Assembly (NCBI GenBank): GCA_025454515.1 | Contig: JALOOH010000005.1 | Span: 84-64,083 of the forward strand | Source of the DNA: Chloroflexota bacterium | Lineage (GTDB): Bacteria > Chloroflexota > Limnocylindria > Limnocylindrales > CSP1-4 | DNA: 64,000 nt | Direction of reading: 5' to 3' | Part shown: positions 17,770-27,653 of the stretch, piece by piece | Position numbering within the stretch: the first letter of the stretch is position 1 | Layout of the letters: each line of letters opens with the position of its first letter | The notes under the pieces: generated by a model | Databases searched by the model: none | The model's input: only the letters and a program-made list of their open reading frames with translations | What the model was told of the DNA's origin: nothing | Program-made: the position numbers and the translations under genes

Positions 17770-18543
17770 ATGACGGCGGCGGGGACACGACGTCGAGCGC
17801 GGCGTCCGCTCATCGGGACGAGCTGGAAGATGAACCTCACGGCGACCCAGGCCGAGCGGTGGCTGCGCGCCTTCGTCCCGCAGGTCGCCGACGTCCGCGA
17901 CCGCGACCTCTTCGTCCTCCCCGCGTTCCCGGCCCTCTGGGTCGCGAGGCGCGAGCTCGCCGGGACCGCGATCGCGTGGGGGGCGCAGGACCTGCACCCG
18001 GACGATCGCGGCGCGCACACGGGCGACGTCTCGGGAGAGATGCTCGCCGACCTGGGCTGCACGTACGCGGAGATGGGGCACTCGGAGCGCCGCTACGCGT
18101 ACGGCGAGGGCGACGCGCTCGTGGCGGCGAAGGTCGCCGCGGCGCTGCGGTGGGGCCTCACGCCGGTCATGTGCGTGGGCGAGCGCGAGCTCTGGCCGCT
18201 CCCGACGGCCTGGAGCGCCGTGTCGCGCCATCTCAAGCGGTCCCTGCGCGGCCTCGACGGGCCCGCGCTGGACCGGATCGTCGTCGCGTACGAGCCGCAT
18301 TGGGCGATCGGCGTCGGCGCCCAGGCGGCGCCGCTGGAGCAGATCGAGGCGATCATCGCGGAGATCCACCGGTGGCTCGCCGCCCGCGGGGCGACGTCCA
18401 CCCGCGTCCTCTACGGAGGCAGCATCGACGCGTCGAACGCGGCGCGGATCATCGCGACGCCCGGCGTCGACGGGCTCTTCGTCGGGCGCGCGGCGCTCGA
18501 CCCCGACGTGTTCGCGGCGATCGCCAGGGTCCCCGTGCCGTGA
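17770..18543 (+). CDS. tpiA: triosephosphate isomerase family enzyme
   Basis: LIGTSWKMN (catalytic Lys), GHSERR (His), AYEPHWAIGVG (Glu), YGGS phosphate loop. It is a stand-alone copy, not in a gap-pgk-tpi context. Confidence 0.7.
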   Translation: MTAAGTRRRARRPLIGTSWKMNLTATQAERWLRAFVPQVADVRDRDLFVLPAFPALWVARRELAGTAIAWGAQDLHPDDRGAHTGDVSGEMLADLGCTYAEMGHSERRYAYGEGDALVAAKVAAALRWGLTPVMCVGERELWPLPTAWSAVSRHLKRSLRGLDGPALDRIVVAYEPHWAIGVGAQAAPLEQIEAIIAEIHRWLAARGATSTRVLYGGSIDASNAARIIATPGVDGLFVGRAALDPDVFAAIARVPVP

Positions 18544-18966
18544 GCGTCGCCGGAGGACCGGCCGGGGCGCCCGCCGCCCCGACCACGTCCCGCGCACTGC
18601 TCCGCGCCGCCCGCGACGCGCCTCCTGGCACCTGAGGCAGGCGTGTCGCGGGCCGCGACCGGCTCGACGTCACCATGGCCGTCGCGCTCGTCACGCTCGC
18701 GGCCCTCGCCTGGCAGCGCTATACTTCCTCGATAATCGATTGTCCATCTCTGGGCGCGATGTCGGGACGGGCACGGGCCCATGGACCGGGCGATCGGGGT
18801 GGAGGAGGGCCGGCCCGGCCGGCCTCGTGCGATCCTGGGGAGGGATCGACCCGGTGGTCCGTGGTGGCCGAGCGATGCGGGACCGGCGACGGGACGGGAT
18901 CCGGACCGGCGCCGCGCGCCCCGTGGTGATGACCGCGAACACCCCCGGCGACGGAGGTGGCGGCTG

Positions 18967-19839
18967 ATGGACTTCGTCACCCAGTCGGTCGTCATCGGCA
19001 TGACCGAGTACGCGCCCCTGGTCCTCGCCGCGATCGGGTTCGCCCTGCTGTACCGTCTGACGGGCCTCATCAACGTCGCGTACGCGGAGACGCTGACCCT
19101 GGGGGCCTACTTCGGGGTCTGGCTCAACACGTCGTTCGGGCTCGACTTCTACGCCGTCCTCGTCCCCGTGGGGATCCTGTCGGGCCTTCTGAGCGTGGCG
19201 ACCTACCTCGCCGTCTTCCGGCCGGCCCATCGCCGCAACGTGGGCGCGCTCGAGATGATCATCATCTCGTTCGGGCTGTCGATCTTCCTGCGCTACGGGC
19301 TGCAGTTCGTGTTCGGCTACCCGGTGCGCTACTTCGACGTGCCGCCGCCCGACACCGTGGTCGTCCTCGGCGTGGGCGTCGGGTCGTTCCGCATCCTCGC
19401 GATCGTGAGCGTCGCCGTCCTCTCGCTGGTCCTCTACCTGTTCATCCAGCGGACGAGCTACGGCCTGAAGGTGCGTGCCCTCGCGAGCGACGAGGCCCTC
19501 GCGAAGGTGAGCGGGATCCATCCGCTCGTCGTCACCTTGCTCATCTGGTTCATCGCCGGCGTCGCAGGCGGGCTCGCGGGAGCGTTCCTCGGGGTGGGGT
19601 CCGCGGTGGCGCCTCTGCTCGGGTGGCGCCAGTTCCTCTTCATCCTCCTGGTCGTGCTCGTCGGCGGGAGCTGGGGCCTCGGCGGTGTCATCGTGGCCGG
19701 CGTGGTCGCGGGCATCGCGGTCGCGGCGATGACGCTCCAGTTCGGGCAGGTGCTGTACGCGCAGCTGATCCTCATCATCGCGTTCATCGTCATCCTGAAG
19801 ATCCGCGGCACGCGGCTCACCGAGACGGCGAAGGTGTAG
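18967..19839 (+). CDS. branched-chain amino acid ABC transporter permease (LivH-like)
   Basis: RBS ggaggtgg, then ATG at 18967. MDFVTQSVVIGMTEYAPLVLAAIGFALLYRL...; typical LivH topology. Confidence 0.8.
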   Translation: MDFVTQSVVIGMTEYAPLVLAAIGFALLYRLTGLINVAYAETLTLGAYFGVWLNTSFGLDFYAVLVPVGILSGLLSVATYLAVFRPAHRRNVGALEMIIISFGLSIFLRYGLQFVFGYPVRYFDVPPPDTVVVLGVGVGSFRILAIVSVAVLSLVLYLFIQRTSYGLKVRALASDEALAKVSGIHPLVVTLLIWFIAGVAGGLAGAFLGVGSAVAPLLGWRQFLFILLVVLVGGSWGLGGVIVAGVVAGIAVAAMTLQFGQVLYAQLILIIAFIVILKIRGTRLTETAKV

Positions 19840-19843
19840 CGCG

Positions 19844-20782
19844 ATGCTCGACGCCTTCCTGACCTCCGGCCTCTACGGGGTGGTCCTCGTCACCGGCCTC
19901 GCCCTTCTCCTGCACCTCCAGCTCGGGCTCGTCCGGATCGCGAACTTCGGCGTCGCCGGGTTCTTCGGCCTCGGGATGTACGTCTTCGGCGTCCTCTACG
20001 TGCAGGTGGACTGGCCGTTCGGGGAGCCGTGGCAGTTCTTCGTCTGCGCGATCGCCGCGACGATCGCCTCCGGGCTCGCGGGCATCCTCGTCGGGTGGCT
20101 CATCGCCGACCTCGACACGGACGGCGTCCTCGTCAGCACGCTCGGGTTCGCCACGGTCGTCGCGATCCTCGCGACGACCCAGGCGGACCTCACCGGCGGC
20201 GCGGAGGGGCTCGGCGGACTCTCGTTCCCGTTCGACATCGGGAAGACGAAGGAAAACGAGTTCCTCTGGCTCCTCATCACCGCTGCCGTCGTCGTCGCGA
20301 TCCTCGCGTACGTCTGGCAGGTCCACCGGACGCCCTACGGGCGCCTCCTCATCGGCATCGGCGGGAACGAGCCGCTCGCCCGGAGCCTGGGCAAGGCGTC
20401 GTACCGGACGAAGATCTGGCTCTTCTGCGTCGCGTCGGCGGGGATGGGCCTCCTCGGCGCCATGAACGCCGTCATGGTCCGGTTCCTCGATCCCGCGAAC
20501 ATCGGGATCGACATCACGCTCGCCGCGATGGTCGGCCTCATCCTCGGGGGCACGGCCCGCGCGTGGGGCGCGGTCGTCGGCGTCCTCCTCACCGTCGGCC
20601 TCTTCGACATCGTCATCCAGTTCTACCTGCCCCTCCCGAAGGACTGGTACAACCAGGCGATCCCCGTGCTGCGCGAGGCCGTCTTCGGCCTCACGCTCAT
20701 CGTCGTCCTCCTGTTCCGGCCGCTCGGCGTGCTCGGCGACATGCGCCGGGACCGGCTGCTGAGGAAGCTCCATGGCAAGTGA
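19844..20782 (+). CDS. branched-chain amino acid ABC transporter permease (LivM-like)
   Basis: Hydrophobic protein with the LivM family pattern. Immediately follows the LivH-like gene. Confidence 0.8.
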   Translation: MLDAFLTSGLYGVVLVTGLALLLHLQLGLVRIANFGVAGFFGLGMYVFGVLYVQVDWPFGEPWQFFVCAIAATIASGLAGILVGWLIADLDTDGVLVSTLGFATVVAILATTQADLTGGAEGLGGLSFPFDIGKTKENEFLWLLITAAVVVAILAYVWQVHRTPYGRLLIGIGGNEPLARSLGKASYRTKIWLFCVASAGMGLLGAMNAVMVRFLDPANIGIDITLAAMVGLILGGTARAWGAVVGVLLTVGLFDIVIQFYLPLPKDWYNQAIPVLREAVFGLTLIVVLLFRPLGVLGDMRRDRLLRKLHGK

Positions 20783-21561
20783 CGGCGCGATGACGACCGC
20801 CCCCGCCGCCCCCGCCTCCGCCGCGTGGCCGCGCATCCGGGTGAAGGGTGCCGTGAAGAGCTTCGCCGGCCGCGTCGTCGTGGACGTGGACGACCTCGTC
20901 CTCGGCGAGCGCCCGATCGAGGGCCTCATCGGCCCGAACGGCGCCGGCAAGACACTCGACGCCGCTCGACCGGGGGACGATCTCCCTCCTCCCGCCCGAG
21001 GGAGGCGAGGTCGTGCTGTCGCGGCTGCCGGCCCACCGGATGGCGCACCACGGCGTCGTGAAGTCGAACCAGGTCATCACCGACTTCGACAAGCTGACGA
21101 TCTGGGACTCGCTCATGCTCGCCACGACCGAGAGCAGGTACGAGCAGCCGCAGCGCATCCTCAGCGAGAAGGCGACCTTCCGGCGGCACGAGGCCGAGAT
21201 GCGCCACTGGCTCGACTACTTCGGGTTCGCCGACCCCACGGCGTTCGCGATGTCCGCCGGCGACAAGAAGGTCCTCGACATCGTGCGGTGCCTGCTCCTG
21301 AGGCCCGCGTTCCTACTGCTCGACGAGCCGACGGCCGGCCTCCCGGAGGACCTGACCGAGAAGGTCATGGTCGTGGTCCGGGAGCTCGCCGCGGCCGGGA
21401 CCGCGGTCGTGGTCGTCGAGCACGACCTCAACCTCATCTGGAACCTCTGCGACGAGGTCCTCTTCATGGCCGAGGGCCACGTGGTCCTGCGGGGGGACCC
21501 GCGGTCGATCCGCGAGAACCGCACGGTCGTGGAGAAGTACCTGGGAGAGGGCCATGTCTGA
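20772..21561 (+). pseudogene. LivG-like ABC ATP-binding protein interrupted by a frameshift just after the Walker A motif
   Basis: Frame 1 gives ...GLIGPNGAGKTL, then non-homologous sequence. Frame +2 resumes at 20960 with LDRGTISLLPPEGGEVVLSRLPAHRMAHHGVV...LLLDEPTAGL...VVVEHDL, a typical LivG C-terminus. Removing a 10-bp duplicated block (gccgctcgac, flanked by ctcgac repeats) restores GAGKTLDRGTIS... Confidence 0.7.
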
Positions 21562-22270
21562 CGCGGCCCGAACCGCCACCCTCGAGGTCGAGGGGCTGCG
21601 CAGCGGCTACCACGGCGTGACGGTCCTCAAGGGCCTGGACTTCGCCGTCGGGAACGAGATCTTCGCCGTCCTGGGCGCGAACGGCGCCGGCAAGACGACG
21701 CTGCTCGCGACCCTCGCGCGCCTCATCCCGCTCATGGCCGGGTCGATCCGCTTCCAGGGCGTCGACGTGTCGTCCGTCCCGCCGTACGAGACGGCTCGGC
21801 GCGGGATCGGCTACGTGCCGCAGGAGAGCGGCACGTTCCCGAAGCTCACGGTCCTGGAGAACCTCCGCGTCGGCGGGATGATCGGCCGGCGCTCCGTCGC
21901 GGAGCGGATCGACGAGGTCCTCGCGCTCTTCCCCGCGCTGAAGCCCCTCCAGCGGCAGCCGGCAGGGACGCTCAGCGGCGGCGAGTCCCGGATGGTCGCG
22001 TGCGGTCGCGCGCTCATGCAGGACCCGACGGTGCTGCTTCTCGACGAGCCCACCGCGGGCCTGTCGCCGCTCTACGTCGACATGTTCTTCGACAAGGTGA
22101 AGGAGATCCACGAGACGAGGGGCGTCGCCATCGTCCTGGCCGAGCAGAACGCCACGAAGGCTCTCCAGGTCTCCGACCGGGTGATGGTCCTGAGCCTCGG
22201 CGAGGCGTACACGGTCGTGGACGCGGCCGAGCTGACGACCCAGCAACTGAAGGAGGGATACCGGATCTGA
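21554..22270 (+). CDS. branched-chain amino acid ABC transporter ATP-binding protein (LivF-like)
   Basis: Walker A GANGAGKTT, signature LSGGE, Walker B LLLDEP. 8-nt overlap with the LivG-like gene end. Confidence 0.85.
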   Translation: MSDAARTATLEVEGLRSGYHGVTVLKGLDFAVGNEIFAVLGANGAGKTTLLATLARLIPLMAGSIRFQGVDVSSVPPYETARRGIGYVPQESGTFPKLTVLENLRVGGMIGRRSVAERIDEVLALFPALKPLQRQPAGTLSGGESRMVACGRALMQDPTVLLLDEPTAGLSPLYVDMFFDKVKEIHETRGVAIVLAEQNATKALQVSDRVMVLSLGEAYTVVDAAELTTQQLKEGYRI

Positions 22271-22310
22271 CCCACCCATGGATCAGGGCAGCACAGAGGA
22301 GGAGCGCACG

Positions 22311-23741
22311 ATGAGTGCCGGGATCGGCAGCACGAAGCGCATGTTCGGCGCGTTCGCGGTGATCGCGATCGTCGCCGCGGCATGCTCGAGCAGCGGGGCC
22401 ACGACCGCGCCGGAGGCCACGACGGGGGCCACCACGGCACCCGTCGCCACGGAGGCCGGCGGCGCGACCCAGGCTCCGCCCGCGGGCGAGCCCGTGGCCG
22501 TCTGCGAGCTCGCGTACTACACGGGCGAGTTCGCGCCGTACGGCCCCGCGCTGACGGCGGACGTGGTGTTCCCGATCAAGGAGATCATCAACCTCGACCC
22601 GCCGCTCGGCCGGACGTGGGAGACGTACCACGAGGACCTCGGCACGGTCGGCGAGGCCCAGGCCGCACGCACGTGCCTCGAGAAGCACGGGGCGGAGGTC
22701 GTCGTCAGCATCGCCCACGGGTACCGCACCTACCGTGACTTCATGATGGACTACTGGCAGGAGAACGACTCCCCGCTCGGTCCGTCCGTCCACGGCGGCG
22801 CGATCCCCGGCAACCTCGGCGGCAAGGGCGCCGAGCCGATCTTCCGCGCCCAGGGCCTCGACGAGGGCCTCGGGACGTTCGGGAGCCTCTATGCGCAGTC
22901 GATCGGCGCGAAGAAGGTCGTGATCTTCGCCACGCAGGTCGAAGGCTTCCAGGGGGCGGCCGACGCCGCCGAGAAGTCGGCCGAGCTCCTCGGCCTCGAG
23001 GTCATCGCGCGCATCGACGAGCAGCCGGAGCAGCCGTCGTACGCGGCGGTCGCCCAGAAGATCGCCGACCTCAACCCGGACGCCGTCATCGTCCAGGCTG
23101 GCTCGGTCGAGTCCGCGACCCTCATCAAGCAGGCGGCGGAGAAGGGCATCTCGCTCAACTGGATCGGCGAGACCGGCTGGAGCCAGGCCGAGTTCCTCAA
23201 CACGCTCGGCACCGAGCCGATCGCGTCGCAGAAGGGGATCGGCTACACGAACTTCTCGCCCAACACGGACACGCCCGCGTGGACCTTCTACCAGCCGCTC
23301 CGCGACGACTGGGTCGCGAAGTCCGGCGTGGATCCCACGACCTACTACGGCGCCGACAACCCCTACGCGTACTCGACGTACGACCTCCTCGTCCAGACGG
23401 CCCTGGCCGTCGAGGCGGCCGGCTCGTACAAGGCGAGCGAGTGGGCGCCCGCGATGTTCAAGGTCGGCGACGGCCCCGGCGAGATCTGCTACACGTACGC
23501 GGACTGCCTCGCCCTCATCCGGGCCGGCAAGGACGTCGACTACGAGGGCGTCACCGGCCCCGGCTCGTACACTGAGGGCGGCGTCAACGCCATCACCCCG
23601 TCCTACACGCCGCTCGGCGCGGACGGGAAGGCGGGCGCGCCGGTGCTCCTCGACGCGAACCTGTACCTCGACATCCTCGACCAGATCAAGACGACCGCGA
23701 AGTGCGATCCGGAGAACCCGCCGAACAAGTGCGAATGGTGA
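22311..23741 (+). CDS. ABC transporter substrate-binding lipoprotein (Leu/Ile/Val-binding family)
   Basis: RBS gaggagg, then ATG. Lipobox FAVIAIVAAAC. Type-I periplasmic binding fold pattern. The binding protein is encoded last in this operon. Confidence 0.8.
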   Translation: MSAGIGSTKRMFGAFAVIAIVAAACSSSGATTAPEATTGATTAPVATEAGGATQAPPAGEPVAVCELAYYTGEFAPYGPALTADVVFPIKEIINLDPPLGRTWETYHEDLGTVGEAQAARTCLEKHGAEVVVSIAHGYRTYRDFMMDYWQENDSPLGPSVHGGAIPGNLGGKGAEPIFRAQGLDEGLGTFGSLYAQSIGAKKVVIFATQVEGFQGAADAAEKSAELLGLEVIARIDEQPEQPSYAAVAQKIADLNPDAVIVQAGSVESATLIKQAAEKGISLNWIGETGWSQAEFLNTLGTEPIASQKGIGYTNFSPNTDTPAWTFYQPLRDDWVAKSGVDPTTYYGADNPYAYSTYDLLVQTALAVEAAGSYKASEWAPAMFKVGDGPGEICYTYADCLALIRAGKDVDYEGVTGPGSYTEGGVNAITPSYTPLGADGKAGAPVLLDANLYLDILDQIKTTAKCDPENPPNKCEW

Positions 23742-23842
23742 CGGGCTGACGCCCGTCCGGCCGGCGGCGACGGGGATCGCCCGGCTTCGGCCGCCGAACC
23801 CCGGTCGCCCGCCCATGGCCTGACGGCGCCTCCTCCTCCCCA

Positions 23843-23878
23843 CCCGAGGGCCGGGCGCGCGAGCGCCCGGCCCTCGGG
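23843..23878 (+). terminator. hairpin terminator after the liv-type operon
   Basis: cccgagggccgggcgc-gcga-gcgcccggccctcggg, 100 nt after the binding-protein stop. Confidence 0.6.
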
Positions 23879-23934
23879 CGTGTCCGCGCGCGGCAGGGCC
23901 GCCCGGCGGCTCGCCACCCTGCTACGCTCCGCCG

Positions 23935-25821
23935 ATGCCGCGACGCCTCGACACCCTCGCCGCGATCGTGGACACGTTCGCGCCCGGGGACGGCGCGGGC
24001 CTTCCCTCCGCCAGCGATCTTGGCGTGCACCGGGCGATCCTGGGAGAGGTCGGCGCGCTGGGCCGTCCGTCGCTCGAGAAGCAGCTCGGGCTCTTCCTCC
24101 GCGCCGTCGAGAACCCCGTGGCGGGCATCCTCCTCGCCGGGATGCCCCGGCGGTTCTCGCGCGCGCCGGCCGCCGAGCGCGAGCGCTACCTCCGCCGGAT
24201 GGCGACCAGCCCGGTCCCGCTCACCCGGACCGCGTTCCAGGACCTCAAGCGCCTGACCTTCCTCCTCCTGTACGGGATCGAGGACTCGCCCTATCGCGCG
24301 GCGACCGGGTACGTCCCGCCGGTGCCGGACGAACCCGATCCCAGCGCCGTCGTCGTGCGCACGCCCACCCCCGGCGAGGTGGTCGATGCGGACGTCTGCG
24401 TCGTGGGGTCGGGAGCCGGCGGCAGCGTCGCGGCGGCGGTCCTCGCCGCCGCGGGGAGGACGGTGGTGGTCCTCGAGCGGGCCGCGAACGTGACCGAGCC
24501 CGACTTCGGCGGCCCGGAGCTCGAGGGGCTGGCGCGCCTCTTCCTCGACCGCGGCCTCTCCGCGACCTCGGATCGCTGGATCAGCATCCGCGCCGGCAGC
24601 GCCGTCGGCGGCGGCACGGTGATCAACTGGAGCTCGTCGCTCCGGCTCCCCGACGCGGTCCGCGCGGAGTGGCGCGCGGCCGGCGTCGACGACCTCGATC
24701 CCCACTACGACGCGGTCGAGGCCGACATCTCGGTGACCACTGCCGAGAGCGAGCCGAACGGCCCGAACGGGATGCTCGCCCGCGCCCTCGACGCCAGCGG
24801 CCTTCCGCGCCAGGTCATCCCGCGCAATGTCCGCGGCTGCACGGACTGCGGCCCGTGCGCCGTCGGGTGCCGGAGTGGCGCGAAGCGGTCGGCGCTGCGC
24901 ACGTACCTCGCGGACGCGTGCGCGCACGGCGCGACCGTGCTCGACCGGGCCGAGGCCAGGCGGATCCTCGTCCGCGGCGGCCGCGTGGAAGGGGTCCTCG
25001 CCGCCGTGCCCGGCGGCGAGGTCACCGTCCGGGCGCGGCAGGTCGCGCTCGCCGGCGGGTCGCTGCTCTCGCCCGTCCTCCTGCAGCGGTCGGGCATCGC
25101 GGACGGGGTCGCCGGAAGGACCCTCCGCATGCACCCGGTGGCTGCGGTGGCGGGCGTGTACCCGGAACGGATCGACGCGTGGTCCGGCGTCCCCCAGTCC
25201 GTCATGAGCGACGCGTTCGCCGAGATCGACGGGTCGCACGGGTTCCGCATCGAGGCGTCGCCGATGCACCCCGGGATCATCGGGACCGCCCTCCCGTGGT
25301 GGTCGGGCCGGCAGCACGCGGCGTCGCTCGCCCGGTCCGCCCACACGGCCGCCTTCCTCGCGATCGTCCGCGACCGGACGCCCGGCCGGATCGACGTCGA
25401 CCGCGACGGCGCCCCCCGGATCCGGTACGGCGTGGGCGCTCCCGAGCGCCGCCTCCTGCTCCGCGCGATGCTCGAGCTCGCGCGGCTCCACGAGGCGTCC
25501 GGCGCCGGCCGGATCTTCACGCTCCACACGCCACCACTGGAGCGCGAGCCGGGCGGGTCGATGGCCGAGCTGCTCACGGGGATCGAGCGCAGGGGCGTCT
25601 CGCCGAACCGGGTGCTCCTGTTCACGGCCCACCAGATGTCCAGCTGCCGCATCGGGACCGACCCGCGGGACTCCACCGCGGATCCCGACGGCCGCGTCCG
25701 CGGCGTCGACGGCCTCTGGGTGACGGACGCGAGCGCATTCCCGACGGCGAGCGGCGTGAACCCGATGCTCACGATCCTCGCGCTGACGCGCCGGACGGCG
25801 CTCCGGATGGCGGCGAGCTGA
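23935..25821 (+). CDS. GMC-family FAD-dependent oxidoreductase with ~130-aa N-terminal extension
   Basis: Rossmann motif DVCVVGSGAGGSVAAAVLAAAG. C-terminal GMC_oxred_C-like region (LWVTDASAFPTASGVNPMLTILAL). The N-terminal region resembles gluconate-2-dehydrogenase subunit-3-like extensions. Confidence 0.8.
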   Translation: MPRRLDTLAAIVDTFAPGDGAGLPSASDLGVHRAILGEVGALGRPSLEKQLGLFLRAVENPVAGILLAGMPRRFSRAPAAERERYLRRMATSPVPLTRTAFQDLKRLTFLLLYGIEDSPYRAATGYVPPVPDEPDPSAVVVRTPTPGEVVDADVCVVGSGAGGSVAAAVLAAAGRTVVVLERAANVTEPDFGGPELEGLARLFLDRGLSATSDRWISIRAGSAVGGGTVINWSSSLRLPDAVRAEWRAAGVDDLDPHYDAVEADISVTTAESEPNGPNGMLARALDASGLPRQVIPRNVRGCTDCGPCAVGCRSGAKRSALRTYLADACAHGATVLDRAEARRILVRGGRVEGVLAAVPGGEVTVRARQVALAGGSLLSPVLLQRSGIADGVAGRTLRMHPVAAVAGVYPERIDAWSGVPQSVMSDAFAEIDGSHGFRIEASPMHPGIIGTALPWWSGRQHAASLARSAHTAAFLAIVRDRTPGRIDVDRDGAPRIRYGVGAPERRLLLRAMLELARLHEASGAGRIFTLHTPPLEREPGGSMAELLTGIERRGVSPNRVLLFTAHQMSSCRIGTDPRDSTADPDGRVRGVDGLWVTDASAFPTASGVNPMLTILALTRRTALRMAAS

Positions 25822-25827
25822 CGGGCG

Positions 25828-26550
25828 CTACTCCCAGCGGAACGTGCGTGCCGCGAGCAGCGCCGCCACGACCCCCCATGCCCCGAGGACGAGCAGCGGC
25901 GCGAGCGCGTCGCCGCTCCCCGTGAAGCCCGCGCGGAGCGCGTCGGTGAGAGCGCCGGACGGCAGGGCGCGCGCGACGGTCGCGAGCGGCTCCGGGAGCT
26001 TCGCGATCGGCAGGATGACGCCGCCGACCAGGAGGAACAGCACGAAGACCGCGTTGGCGATCGCGAGCGTCGCCTCGGGCCGCAGCGCCCCGGCGAGGAG
26101 GAGCCCCAGGCTCGCGAACGCGAAGGTGCCGATCACGACCGCGGCGGCGATCACGGCGGGGGCGATCGACGGGTCCGGCCGCCAGCCGAGCGCGAGCGCC
26201 GCGACGCCGACGAGGATCGCGACCCCGATGCCCTCGACCACGGCGACGGCCGCGACCTTCGCGGCGAGGAGCCCCGACCGCGGGAGCGGCGAGCCGCCGA
26301 GGCGCTTGAGGACGCCGTAGCCGCGCTCGAACGCGGTCGCGATCCCGAGATTGACGAAGGCCGTCGCCATGATGGCGAGGCCGACCGCTCCCGGGAGCAG
26401 GAAGTCCACCGCGCTCGGGCCTTCGGACGGCAGCACGGGTACGGACGCGAAGAAGACGAGGAGCGCGGCCGGCAGGACGAGGGTGACGAACAGGTTCTCC
26501 CCGCGACGGGCGGTGAGGCGGAGCTCCATCCCCGCCTGCGAGGCGACCAT
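25828..26550 (-). CDS. ABC-2 type transporter permease
   Basis: MVASQAGMELRLTARRGENLFVTLVLPA... with six TM helices. Follows the ATPase gene by 24 nt. Confidence 0.75.
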   Translation of the reverse strand: MVASQAGMELRLTARRGENLFVTLVLPAALLVFFASVPVLPSEGPSAVDFLLPGAVGLAIMATAFVNLGIATAFERGYGVLKRLGGSPLPRSGLLAAKVAAVAVVEGIGVAILVGVAALALGWRPDPSIAPAVIAAAVVIGTFAFASLGLLLAGALRPEATLAIANAVFVLFLLVGGVILPIAKLPEPLATVARALPSGALTDALRAGFTGSGDALAPLLVLGAWGVVAALLAARTFRWE

Positions 26551-26573
26551 CCGCGGGAGCGCGGCGGGGGAGC

Positions 26574-27653
26574 TCACCGCCGGCCACCGTCGATCGGGCC
26601 GGCCGGTGCGCCGTTCACAGCAGCGCCGGCCACGCGCGACGTCCCGCCGCCGGCCACGCGCGACGTCCCGCCGCCGGCCGCCCCGACGAGCTCGAGGAAC
26701 CGCTCCTCGAGGGTCCCGCCCGCGGCGCGCATCTCCACGAGGAGGAGGTCGCGGCCGCGGCACCAGTCGGCGAGCGCCGCGACGAGCCGCGGGGTCGGCT
26801 CGACGCCGTCCACGCGGTACGCGCCCCCCGGCCCATCCTCCTCGACCTGCGGCGCACCGCCCGTCGAGCCCATGGCCGCGAGTGCCCCGGCGAGCTCGAC
26901 GCGCCCGGCCGCCGAGAGCACGCCGGCCACGCGGAAGCGCAGCCGCCGCCGCGCGCCCGCCATCAGCTCGTCGGGGGTCCCGAGCGCGACGAGGCGTCCG
27001 CCGTCCACGATCGCGATCCGGTCCGCCAGGCGCTCGAGGTCGACCAGCTCGTGGGTCGTGAGCAGCACGCTCACCCCGGAGTCTCGGAGATCGGACACGA
27101 CATCCCGCGTGGCCGCCTTCGCCTGCGGATCCATCCCCGCGGTCGGCTCGTCGAGGATCGCGACCTCCGGCCGGCCCACCAGCGCGATCGCGAGCGCGAG
27201 GCGCTGGCGCTCGCCGCCGGAGAGGACCTTCACCCGGCGCATCGCGGCGTCCGTCAGCCCGACCCGCCCGAGGAGCGCGTCGGGGTCCTCCGGGTCGCGG
27301 AAGAACGAGGCGTAGAGGCGCAGGATCTCCCCGGCGCGCACCTGTGGTGGGAGGCCGCCCTGCTGGAGCATGATCCCGACCCGCGGCCGGAGCGCGCGCG
27401 CGTCACGGTACGGATCCAGCCCGAGCACCCGGACCGACCCGCCGTCGGGCCGCCGATACCCCTCGACGATCTCCACGGTCGTGGTCTTGCCAGCGCCGTT
27501 CGGGCCGAGGAGCCCCAGGATCTCGCCGCGGCCGACGTCGAGGCTCAGGCCGTCGACGACCGCGCGCCCGTCGTACCGCTTCACCAGGTCGCGAACGGCG
27601 ACCGCGACGCCCGCGCCGGACGCGCTCGCCGGGCCCCGGCCCGGCGACGTCAC
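26574..27653 (-). CDS. ABC transporter ATP-binding protein (DrrA/NosF-like, ABC-2 family) with repeat-containing C-terminal tail
   Basis: GTG start overlapping the tlpA-like stop (GTGA). Walker A GLLGPNGAGKTT, LSGGERQRLALA, ILDEPTAGMD. The C-terminus GGGTSRVAGGGTSRVAG is encoded by a 24-bp tandem duplication. Confidence 0.8.
   Translation of the reverse strand: MTSPGRGPASASGAGVAVAVRDLVKRYDGRAVVDGLSLDVGRGEILGLLGPNGAGKTTTVEIVEGYRRPDGGSVRVLGLDPYRDARALRPRVGIMLQQGGLPPQVRAGEILRLYASFFRDPEDPDALLGRVGLTDAAMRRVKVLSGGERQRLALAIALVGRPEVAILDEPTAGMDPQAKAATRDVVSDLRDSGVSVLLTTHELVDLERLADRIAIVDGGRLVALGTPDELMAGARRRLRFRVAGVLSAAGRVELAGALAAMGSTGGAPQVEEDGPGGAYRVDGVEPTPRLVAALADWCRGRDLLLVEMRAAGGTLEERFLELVGAAGGGTSRVAGGGTSRVAGAAVNGAPAGPIDGGRR
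26616..26670. repeat. 24-bp tandem direct repeat (2.3 copies) within the 3' end of the ABC ATPase gene
   Basis: cggccacgcgcgacgtcccgccgc repeated head-to-tail. Confidence 0.6.

Noticed and set aside
18544-18966. T-box leader upstream of the liv-type operon
   Set aside because: I could not find the conserved T-box sequence (AGGGUGGNACCGCG) or a specifier-loop arrangement. Kept only as an unexplained long leader.
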